64,000 bases of DNA from Callorhinchus milii (Eukaryota), in the NCBI RefSeq assembly GCF_018977255.1, contig NW_024704742.1, positions 97,776,001 through 97,840,000 of the forward strand, written 5' to 3'. This document shows, in pieces, positions 12,401-23,443 of this stretch. Every line of letters begins with the position of its first letter. Position 1 is the first letter of the stretch. Under the pieces are notes generated by a model, which made no database searches, had not been told where the DNA came from, and was given only the letters and a program-made list of their open reading frames with translations. The position numbers and the translations under genes are program-made.

Positions 12401-13574
12401 ACTTCAGAAAATTGCTAGTTCCCAGTCCTGCTCAGCAATGAAGGCATGCCGGCAGACGAGCTTTGACATTAAGTGCCTTTAATATTAATATGAAATTCCT
12501 TAGCAATGAAGAGATCAGCACACTGCTGAAGCATTTTACAAAATGTGAAGGACTCATTTTTCACATCCATACAGGCTAAAATTGTTATTTGGTCTCATTC
12601 CATCAGTAGAGCTGAAAATAGGTTCATCATCCTTCCCTCCCCTCAAGTATTATATTATTTTTATATTTTACAATTCACCTCATAAAGATCACTTCAAAAT
12701 CATTTCCCCAAACATTTCTTTAAAAAAGAAAATGACCAATTTTAAGACCAGAAATCTGATACGGTTGCAACATCAAGCCACATTTACTAGACGTGAACAG
12801 ATAAACTCACTTTATGTACATTCTTGCAACCTCTCTCACCATAAACATAGATATTGGAAATATGAAAGGAAACAATTTCTTTACTGATTTTGAGAATTGG
12901 TTAGAGATAACTCATTTACTTTGCCAGTTTGGAATTTTCCATTTTTATTCAAAAATGATCAAACAGAGGGCAACACCCACTAAGGATGAAACAAAAACAA
13001 CTTGCATTTAGATAGAGTATCTCAGCCAGGAAAGCGCCCCAGAATGCTTGACAGTGGAGGAGCACTACGCCAAGCCGGGGAGAGGTGACCATAAGCACTC
13101 AGGTGCATGAGACACTTCCAGTTAATGCAGTTACCTTCTCAGAAAGGGAAAGGCTTGGAGATAAAATACGTTGTTATTGCATTGGGTATTGTGAAAGCTA
13201 GTTTTAACCCAAAAATGCATTTACAGGTCCCTTTCACCTGTAATACTTGGGAACAATTGGGTTTGATTAACTTTGCCCTTTCACATACCCCCTCACCACT
13301 CCCCCACTGGAGCCACTCGTTGAAACAAAGTTTTCAAATATGCCGTTAAAAGAAAAATAATCTTTGCAGTCGATAGGTTGCCTCATCAAACTGTCTAAAC
13401 ATCTCAAAACACTGCACAGGCTTTACTGCAAAGTGTAGTGACTGTGTTTGTAGTCTTCAAGTTTGCTACATCCAGCATCAGCTACTGATTTATGGCATCC
13501 CATGATCCATACACAATGTGAATAATGTGTGAGGAACGTGATGTCAAATCCACGGAATCCTGGTTTTGTAACAC

Positions 13575-14062
13575 AAGCACAGAGACAGCCCTAGTCAAAG
13601 TGACAAATGACATTCTGTCCACCTGCACCAGAGCTCTCTCTGTCTCCTCGTCCTTGGCCACTTTTGATACGCTTAACCACTCTATTCTTCTCCACCACCT
13701 CTCCTCTCACATCCACCTCAATGGTTCTGTTCTTGCGTGGTTCCAATCCTACCTTTCCCAACGTCTGCACTTTGTGGCCCCAACAGCTTCTCCTCTAGCC
13801 CCTGCACTGTCAAGTGTGGGTCCCTCAGCACTCTGTCTTCAGTCCCCTCCTCTTCAATCTATACATGCTCCCACTCAGCAATGTCATCTGCAGGCAACTT
13901 CCACATGCGGATGACACCCAACTCTATCTTGCTACCCGCAAGACCCCTGCCCTCCTCCCCGTCTGACCCCAACTCCCAGCTTGGGTCCAAAACCTGATTG
14001 TCCAGCGCCCTGGGACATCTTTCCAATGCGAAGGGCACTATATAAGTGTAATTTGTTGTTAT
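13575..14062 (+). mobile_element. Old, internally deleted L2 fragment
   Basis: STETALVKVTNDIL...ATFDTLNHSILLHHL...GSVLAWFQSYLSQR (RT region) joined to an L2-type tail. Confidence 0.8.
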
Positions 14063-14239
14063 GATGATGCTCAATATCAAAGGAACTCACTTTCTGAAGG
14101 GTTTGCAATGCCCTTTTCAAGCCCAGTTTACAGAAAACACTTCCTATCCCACATTTAAAATCAATTCATCTCAATGATTTTAGGCCTATAACAGCTAATT
14201 GACAGGCAATTTCCTAGTTGTACAGTGGCAAATTCAATG

Positions 14240-14520
14240 TCAGAGTTGGTACAGATCCGGAAGGTCTTAGGTTCTATTCCTAGTAAATGCTGAGTTAACT
14301 GCTCTCAGCTAGAGTATGAGTTGTTGTGTTTTTGGCCTAAGCAGCAATGAATTGGGGGGAAGGGTGGCGAAGAAATGAGCCACCCACCTCCTCTTGTACA
14401 CTACCGATTAATCCTAGCACAAGTGCGTGCATGTTGAATAGGATTGAGCTCAGTTGTGATGCTCACCACAATGAAATAACCTGATATAACTCACAATTCA
14501 AGAATGGCTGTATATGATCT
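14240..14520 (+). mobile_element. Ancient SINE-like repeat, family uncertain (possibly AmnSINE2-like)
   Basis: GCTGAGTTAACTGCTCTCAGC...GGCCTAAGC...GGATTGAGCTCAGTTGTGATGC. Related pieces recur at about 16420-16710(-), 33450-33680(+), 46170-46400(+) and 57370-57550(-). Family name is from memory only. Confidence 0.45.
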
Positions 14521-14884
14521 TGCGCAGCCCAGCTGCTGTACTTCCAATCAAGATTGTAGGAGATATCGATACCTTGCACTTATTCCATTCGATACATGCT
14601 CCTCATATGCATGAAGATAGTAATGATCCTTGCATTTGAGATAGCGCTTATCACATCTTCAAGACGTCTCAAAGCGCTTCAAAGAATATACTGTAAAGTG
14701 AATTGACAGTATATTTTGTGGGCCTAAGATCTGACGATCGCCATAGTAAGCACACAATGTTGTTCACAACATCCTGCTAATACAGTCACTACACTTTAAA
14801 GTATATCCTGGGAAGCGCTTTGAGGTGTCTCAAAGATGTGATAAGGCACTATAACAAATGCTAGAATTATTATTATTATCCCAT

Positions 14885-15135
14885 ATCAACCTGTCCGCTC
14901 CCTCCGCTCAGCAGGCTCTGGCCTGCTCCAAGTCCCGCACCCAGCCCGCCCAATCGGTGGTCGGGACTTCAGCCTTTCTGCCCCTACAGTTTGGAACTCC
15001 ATCTCACTTTCCCTTCGCTTAGCTTCCTCCCTTGCCTCCTTCAAGGCGCGTCTCAAGACTCTCCCCTTCAACCGCACCTTTGGCCACCCTCCTTCCTTCC
15101 CTGCCCTCCACCTTCCCGCATCCTAACCCCGCACC
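14885..15135 (+). mobile_element. L2 3' fragment lacking its terminal stem-loop
   Basis: PVRSLRSAGSGLLQVP...IGGRDFSLSAPTVWNSI...LASSLASFKARLKTL; abuts a minus-strand L2 tail. Confidence 0.85.
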
Positions 15136-16330
15136 CCTTTCATGTCGGGAGGACGTCCCCAAGCGCTGAACAGTCAGATGTCGGGGTCCGAGCATAGGGA
15201 GGGGTGGTGTAAGGGTGAGGGAAGACAGAAAGGTGGGAGGGAGACCAAAGGCACGGTCGAAGAGAAGGGTCTTGACACCAGCTTTGAAGTATGCAAGGGA
15301 GGAAACGAGGCAAAGGGACCGTGGGATGGAGCTCCAGAGTGTGGGGGCAGAGAGGTTGAAACCATGGCCACCGATGGTAGGGCAGGAGACATGGAGCAGG
15401 CCGGAGCCCGCTGAACGGAGGGAGCGGGCGGGTTGGTAGGGAGTCAGCAGGTCAGAGAGATAGGAGGGAGCAAGGCCATGAGTGGCCTTAAAGGTGAGGA
15501 CGAGGATCTTGAACTCGATCCTCTGGGGAATGGGGAGCCAGTGGAGTCGGGCGAGGGTGGGAGTGATGGGGTTGTGGAGCCTAGTACGTGAGAGGGCATG
15601 AGCTGTAGAGTTTTGGATGATCTGCAGCTTGTGAAGGGAAGAATTCAGAAGACCGATGAGGAAGGAGTTCGCGTAATCAAGCCTTGAGGTGACGAATGCG
15701 TGGGTGAGGGTTTCGGCAGCCTGAGGGGTGAGGCAGTAGCGGAATCTGGCAATGTTGCTGAGGTGGTGGTATGCAGTGCCAGTCATGGCGCAGATGTGGG
15801 GGAGAAAGGACAGCTCAGGGTCAAACAATAATAATAATAATCCTTACATTTGATATAGCGCTTTTCACGTCGGGAGGACGTCCCAAAGCGCTTCACAGAA
15901 CACACTGTAAAGTGAATTGACTGTATATTTGTGGGCGAACACGGCAGTCAATTGCGCACAGCAATGTCCCATAAACAGTCGTAGATTGAAAATGACCAAT
16001 TTATTATTGTTTTTGGAGGGATTATTATTAGGCGTGTGGAGTAAGGAAACTTGCCCAAGGTTTCGCCCTGCCTGGAATTGAACTCAGGTCTCTCGCTTGC
16101 AAAGCGAGTGCTCTAACCACTGAGCTACAGAACTCCACAAGATACCCAGGTTGCTGACTGGCTTAGTGAGGTTGAGTGTGCAGCCATGGAGGCTGATGCT
16201 GCCAGCGCCTGAGGTGCAGAGGCGCTGGCGCGAGCCAATCAGGAGGGCCTCGGTCTTGCTGGCGTTGAGTTGGAGAAAGTTGGCGCTCGTCAAGGACTTG
16301 ATTCCAGACATTATTTAAGACACATGGGGT
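15136..16330 (-). mobile_element. L2 fragment (about 880 bp) interrupted by a SINE at 15827-16140
   Basis: ORFs 16084..16311 (NFLQLNASKTEALLIG) and 15019..15828 (FDPELSFLPHI...HAFVTSRLDYANS...RIEFKILVLTFK) rejoin when the SINE is removed. Confidence 0.9.
15827..16140 (-). mobile_element. Young short-form tRNA-SINE
   Basis: Near-identical to 8698-9030; CTCCC loop. Confidence 0.92.
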
Positions 16331-17333
16331 GTTCTCTATCCCCTCTTCCCCTTCCATCCAATCTCCAACTCCCTCCTCTTTTCCTTCTACGGGGTCATAC
16401 TTACATGGGCATCATCCAGGACCTCACCTAAGTGGTCATCATTTATGTGCAAGTTTTGACAATGATTGTTGGCAAACTGTTTGACTGTAAAGGAAATCAT
16501 CCATCGTCCACATATGAACATAGTGATTGACTATAGAAACCCTGGTTGAATTTTCTTCTTCCTAACGCAGCAATGTTCAGGTTGTAACATCCCAACTGCT
16601 GCTTTGACTAAGATCAAGCATGAGCTCAGACTGGGATTCGAACCCAACATGCACACTCTCATGTTGCAATAAGCAGTGCCTTTATCCACTAGCCCATCAG
16701 AGGGAGCTGTGTGGTAGCAATTTTAAAGAAAACAAGAGCTCAACACCAGGTCGGTCCCCCAACAAAAGTATTCACAGCTCATGAGCTCAGGTTTAGCCAG
16801 ATCAAATATTTCTGCAAAGCGTAAACATTGTGGCACAATCATTCAAGACACCCATTAATTGATTTAGATGTTTGGGCATCTGAATGATATGGGGGTAAGA
16901 TCCATGTTGGGACTTGAACTAATAGTTTGGGTTGATGGCACGATATGGAATGCTACTTCGTCGCAATGCCATCCATCAAAAGATACTTAAATCGAGGTTC
17001 AGTCTGCTTTTGAGGTTGAAGATCAAATGACAGTAATAGAAAAAAAGAAGTTTGTTTCCAGCGATCCGTCCACTGATCCTCCAGATAATTTGGTCTTTCC
17101 CTTCATGGCAGTTTTGTGTTCTACCCAAAATGGCTGCTTGGTTTGCAGACAAATACAGTCACTACACTTGACAATTACCTGTGAAGTCCTCGAGTGTTTG
17201 ATGTTATAAAGCCTGTATCAAATGCAATGATTGTTTTAAAGACATACAAGATTCCAATGTAGATTTAATTGCTTGAGCACCAATCAGAATAATTCAGACC
17301 AGAGAACATTAAAATGATAGGAAACTGATACGA

Positions 17334-17649
17334 GTGGAATCCTGTAGCTCAGTGGTTAGAGCACTCGCCTTGCAAGCAAGACACCTGGGTTCAATTTCAG
17401 GCAGAGCGAAACCTTGGGCAAGTTTCCTTACTCCACACGCCTAATAATAATCCCTCCAAAACGAAATAGTAAAACATTGGTCATTTTCAATCCATGACTG
17501 TTTGTGGGACATTGCTCTGTGCAAATGGCTGCCATGTTTCACCCACAAGTATACAGTCAATTCACTTTACAGTCTATTCTGTGAAGCGCTTTGAGACGTC
17601 GAGAAGACGTGAAAAGCGCTATATCAAATACAAGGATTATTATTATTAT
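17334..17649 (+). mobile_element. Short-form tRNA-SINE, older loop variant
   Basis: Same structure as 8698-9030 but tail reads TTTGAGACGTC-GAGAA-GACGTGAAAAGCGCT. Confidence 0.9.
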
Positions 17650-20194
17650 GTATAGTTATGTTGGCAAGGCAACCAACTGCATTTGATAACTGCATTTACA
17701 GGCAAAAACAGGAGTTAGGAACCTTTATACACAGATCGAGCCAAATAGATATTGCAAATGCTTTTCCCCCTCTCTCTGTATGCAAATTAATTGAATCACA
17801 ACATTTTTAGGTTATCAACTGGACGAAGTTAAAAAACAGTTCAACACTGTGATAGAACGACAGTAAGGCAAGTATTCTGGAATGAGATCAAATGGGCCTA
17901 GGACCGTCTTCCTAACGTCTTTTGTGATCTTGCAAGTCACATGCCCCTTTCCCGTACAAACATTTAAGCCTATTGAAACTTGTGCTGTTTTCTTTCAGTT
18001 TTAAACCGAATTGCATCTGAATAAATAATACGAATAAATAAAGTTCTACACTGAATTCAAAACTTATTTTATTTCTTCCTCGAGCTTCGCAGTAGAACAC
18101 AAGTGGCATCTGCTTGCACCGTTCTTTCAGACCATACTGATCTAATTTATAAGGGAGCCTCTCCATGTCTAGAGAGAAAACACCACCCCACAAGCAGCAG
18201 TAATAAGACACACTGAAACACAACCTGACTGGAGACGGCAGGCTGATTGAAGAGTCCTCTGGTTTTAATTTTCTGCCCAGCATTTGATTAGCGTTCTGGT
18301 TTTCTTGCTTTCTACGCTAACTCGGCCTCTCACTAGACTGCCCCCACTTTTTCTTCAATAGCCTCAGTCATGCACAGGAAATTATGGAGCCCTGTTGCAA
18401 ACCCCATAAAGTGCTGGCACCTTAGTGTGAGCTACACTCAGCCCATGAGCCTCTGGCTTCCAGGGCACTGCTCTTCAATGAATCAAACCAAATTCCATTT
18501 GGCACTTGCGTTATATTGCAGACGTTCGCGAAACAACATCTTTAAGGTAATTATTTTTCGTCAACTTAAGTGTGTCAGCTCTTTGGTAAAGAAATTGCTT
18601 CGAGCTGCAGGTATTGCAGTAACATTAACCCTTTTCTAGGCCCAAGTTAGAGATATTAATGCATAAACTAGCTAACTTAGGTTGCCTCAATTAACTGCAA
18701 TATTCATAGCTGTGTGTACAGCTTTCAGACATCAAAACCTAGAAAAACGTGTTAAAACAAATCTTTAGTTCACTGAGTTTTCCAATGGATTTTCCATTCT
18801 ATCTGTTGACAAATGTTTGCACTCTGACACTGACATGGGCTATAAGCACTTTTCATGTCAGAAAGTATCTCTGGCTTTCCACACATAGACGTCCCCCTCC
18901 AAAAGGCTCAAAGGGCAAGCAACTTGCAGTTAGTATAGAAGTCAGAATTGATATATCACAGTATAATCTGCCACTGCCACCGATGAAACTGTAGTCCCAT
19001 ACTTGCTGCACAATGCTCAGCAGGCATAGCACTTGTAACATCAAAATTTATGAAAACCGCTCAACCGTTTTTTGTAAAGTCTAGTGGCTGTGTATTTCAT
19101 AGGTGAACACGGCAGCCAATTTGTGCAGAGCAATGTCTCAGAAACAGCCGTGAACAATTTTAAATAATCCAAATCTTTAAAACAGGAAACCCATGCAGTG
19201 AAAGCCTGCAAAGTAAGTGCAATATGTTAAAGGCTAGGACTCTATGGTTTCCAGTGATGGGTTAAAATGAAACATTAGTAGAATTATTACAAGCTTTCCA
19301 ATTATTTTATTTTTTTAAAAAATGGTGCTAGCAAGCAAATTAATTGTCCCATAACACTTTTTAATCAGACCTAGATCTGTGTTTTTGATTACTCCCATGT
19401 GACAGAATCCTGATCTCTGCTGCACGTCATTGGAGAAAGTGTACTGAGCAAGAGCCCACCTCTGTGTTCCCTGCACAGTGCCTCCCAGCAGCATGGAAGA
19501 GCTCAGTTACTTAGAAAAAATACTACTGTACAAATTAAACTCCAACTTCCACCTCCCACTGGGTATCCTGCCAAAACTTCCTCTCTCTCTGCAAACTTTA
19601 TGCTCAACCATAATAGAGCCTTTTTGCATCGTGCAGTTTCTCAGCAAACATTCCACATTTTTTTTCAAAAAAGAAAACTTCAGCAAAAGTTTTGAGAATC
19701 GGGGCCCACGATTTTCTTGACCTAATGATTTACATATAGAATAATAATTGCTCAGATATCGACATAGCTGAAACCTGCTTAAGGGGCTGGTGTGTGAATG
19801 ACATGGCTGTAAAACATAAGCTAACTGGATTCAACTGAGCATTCAGTTATGTTTGTAATTTAATAAAAAGATCCTACCCTCTTTTGGCAAACAATTTCAG
19901 GTAAAGCAACCTTTGGGAGAAAGCCTGCATAATCTTACTTAATATAAAGATTTAAAATGTTCTGAGCATCCAATATTGGATTCTTGTGCAAACAATGGGG
20001 AGTAGGTAGTGTACAGAATTAGGACTTCTCATCTACTCCCCTTCCCCCTGGCTCGGCCCGGGGATCGTTTTTGTGAAGAGCTCTTAGTTACCGTCTGGCG
20101 TAGAGGGCGCTATACAAATCCAAGTTGTTGTTGTACTTGTGTTACTGATAAAACCAACACTGCTTCACTTCCAGCAGTGCAAATAGGACACTGA

Positions 20195-20600
20195 TAGTAA
20201 TAAAATAGCATCTGATGTAGAGTCTTTCACATCAACAGAACTTGCCAAAGTGCTTCATAGGATTTACTCTAAAGTGTGGTCACTGTGTTTATTAGCAAAC
20301 ACAAAAGCTAATTTATGCACAGCAATGTCCCACAAACAGCTATGAAATGAATGACCAATTTTATTTGAAGGTTGTTGGCTGGGACACTGGAAGAAACTCT
20401 TCTTTTCGAATAGTGCCATGAGACTTTTAACGTTCACCTGAACAAGCAGACGGTTGAACGTCTCATCCAACAATGTCACACACACCCTCGGGACTATATT
20501 GGAGTGTCAGCTTAGACAATGTGAGTTTGAGTCTCTATGTGAGGCGTGAACGCTCAATCTTCTGACTCAGAGGCAAGAGTGCTACTGAGCCAGCACGACA
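20195..20600 (-). mobile_element. Old full-length Deu-domain SINE
   Basis: Reverse complement has CTCTGAGTCAGAAGATTG head, GCTGACACTCCAAT, TTCAGGTGAACGTTAAAAGTCTCATGGCACTATTCGAA, TGTTTGTGGGACATTGCTGTGC. Confidence 0.75.
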
Positions 20601-22439
20601 CACCTCAATTTATCACACCGAATAGGACAGAAGTAGATGTAGTGTTTCATTGTGTTTCTTCGACAAGTCTCGACACTTTACTGGCTCTAAAACTGCGAGT
20701 AACAGTCTCTTTACCCTAAGTGCTTGAAAGGAATTTACATCTCCCTCAATACACTAACATTTTCCAAAAATGACATGTATGTAAAAACATACAATATACA
20801 TTTTATATCCACTCACTCACCACATTCTACAAAATAAAAAGACATTTTGAAATTAAACATTTTTTATTTCAAAATTTTGGCTGAAACAGTTTAAATTTGC
20901 GTAAGATTGCTAGTGATCTTGTTCAGTTTATTGTCAAGGAAAGCCATCAAGTCTATCTTCATTATTCTTGCAATATATTTATAACTTCTGCAAGTCATCA
21001 GCTCAAGTTTGTGGTCGGATATTTATCGCACAAAAAAGGAATGGAAGCATACATTCCCCCCTTACCCCCCAACCCCCCCCACACACACAAACAACACCCA
21101 CACCAGGCATCCAGCTTGTGACCTTTGACTGCCAGAATCAGCTGTTTAGAAATGCTGGGATCCCGTTAGCATTAGTCCAAGACCGTGATTTCTCCAACTT
21201 TACTGTTAACAATGACATGGAACTGCGGGTGGGATTTTCAAGAATAAATCATCTTCTGTCCTATTCAATGTGATAAACCCATTGACCACAAATTTATACC
21301 CCTCCCTATTTGTGGCGTTACAAAGGGCTCATCAAGGTTGGCAACAAGATTTGGTTCAAAATTGAGTTTTTAAACCTGGCATAATCCCCACACCACAAAG
21401 AATTATCAGTCACATACTTTTTTCCCCCCCTCACAGTACTGTCCCTCCCCGCCCTCCCACCCCCAAAAAAAGGTAGTGCCAAGAATGTAGATTATCTGCT
21501 ACTCTTCACCATCAGTACCCCCTCACCCAGTACTTTTAAAGGAATCAGCCATTGCAAGTTCCTGAACATTGCAACAGTGGTTTGAAGGTCGCCGCTTTAA
21601 TGAAATGCAGAGTGTTGGGTAAGCACACGTGTACAAAGAGAAAACAGATTCCCTGCTGGTGCAAGCGGACAACGATTCTCCTGTCTCAGTCGTTCCAACA
21701 GACCACTCAGGAGGTTTCCAGAAGCACTGCAGAATGACCATGCAAGGGATTTCCTTTCCCATGGGAAAGCGCTTGGAACGATTTTGGATTTGGGCTTGCC
21801 CCTCCCCTCTCCAAGGCCCAGCTGAGAATGGAAATTCACTGTGTGGGGGAAATTCACAGAGGGAGGGTGGAGGGCATAGTGAACCCACATCCTCAAATTT
21901 CATTCAAAACTCCTACTGTTCATAACATCCAAGCCTACAAGCCTAATTAAGTTCTCATGGAAATTGATTAAATTGTCAGCTGTATTTTGAGCAGTAGACA
22001 GACCATTCCCTTGTATTTTTTTCAAAATAAACAATAATGTTACCATGAGGAGGTAAACCACCTTGAAACAAAAATGTAAAGCGATTCCAGTACCTCCTCC
22101 TCCCCCCTTGGAGGCTTCTGTTTGCAAGAACACGTTTGTGCCACTGACAAACTGAATCTACTGTGAAAGCAGTCAAGCAAAGAAGATGAAAGTGGGTGAT
22201 AAAATGTAAGGGGCACCACGCTGAGCACACCCCAGCAGCTCAAGCATACAACATCTGATCATTAATGTCCATCAAAGCACTGGCCTCACGCCAACCTTCA
22301 CAGCACAGCCACACAACAGTTCAGAGAGAGAGGAGAGAAGAGAGAGAGAATAAAGAGAAACATAGAAAAAGAGGGGGAAAAATGCCAGCATACTGCCAAC
22401 CAGGCAAGCCAGACAATTCAACAGAACTACTGCGGGATT

Positions 22440-23165
22440 CAACAACGACTTGCATTTAGATAGCACCTTTCACGGAGGATGAACATCGCAAAGCTATTTG
22501 TATAAATGAGGAACATCAAATGGGGATGGGCGGGGTTGAATTTAAGGCTATTGGCCGGAGGCATGGTCAAAGAGAGGTATTTAAAGAGGGATTTGTAGGC
22601 AGAGAGAGGAAGTGTAATTCAAAGGTTTTTTGGGGAAAGAATTTCAGATAGCAGAACATAGTGGCTAAAAACTCATCCACCGATGTTAGAAAGGAAGGAA
22701 TGTGTTCTGAGCAATAAATGAGTATCTAAAGGGTGGGGGGATACAGTTCAGATAATATTCCTGCATGAGATTGCAAAGTTAAGCAGGGGAAAGACCACAA
22801 AGGAATTTTAAGGACAAAGGATCATAAGGTCACTTCAGTGGGGAACTGGAAGCGAGTGGACCCTGGCAAGGTTGCAGGTAATGGTTAAGTGGAATCTGAT
22901 GGCCAGAGAATTCAGGCTGCAGAGTTTTAAGAGGCTGTCAAGAAGAGCAACGGAAAGTCCACCAATGAGGCGAGAAAAATAATCCTTGCATTTGATATTT
23001 GATGCATTTGAAAAAGGCAAGAATTAAGGTTTCAGCGCGAAGGGGGGGGGGGGAGCGCGATGAGATAAAAAGGATGCAAGTGGCCAATGTTGTGGAGATG
23101 GGAGGAAGTGTTTTTGGTCAGGAGTAAGAGTTGAAGTAGAGCATCGGGGTGGTGGGGGTCAGTGG
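22440..23165 (-). mobile_element. Highly diverged L2 relic downstream of exon 7
   Basis: AACAACGACTTGCATTTAGATAGCACCTTTCACG tail, GGCATGGTCAAAGAGAGG, GGAAGCGAGTGGA, GGCTGCAGAGTTTT, GTAAGAGTTGAAGTAG all match the L2 order. Confidence 0.65.
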
Positions 23166-23270
23166 GCAAGCAAGCAGAGCACAAAGGTTGTGCATTAGCT
23201 CAGTTAGCCAGAGCAAGTAGGCAGGGATGCTGGCACTCGGCCAGTCAGTTGACAGCACTTGGTGACTCAC

Positions 23271-23443
23271 CATTCGGATGCCATTCTCAAAGGCCTGTCT
23301 CGCAAGGGAAGCTGGTCCATCCACAGTTTTCCCATCATCATCTGGTCCCCAACTGGCACTGTAGATATCGATGTGCTGAGGATGCAGACTCAGAGACTTT
23401 GCTTCCACCATATCTGTGACATCTCCGTCCAGCATGCGGACAC
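23271..23443 (-). CDS. PCSK5: PCSK5 exon 7
   Basis: caatag|GT GTC CGC ATG...CGA ATG|gtgagt; 173 nt, (G)[57 protein letters not shown]. Confidence 0.96.
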
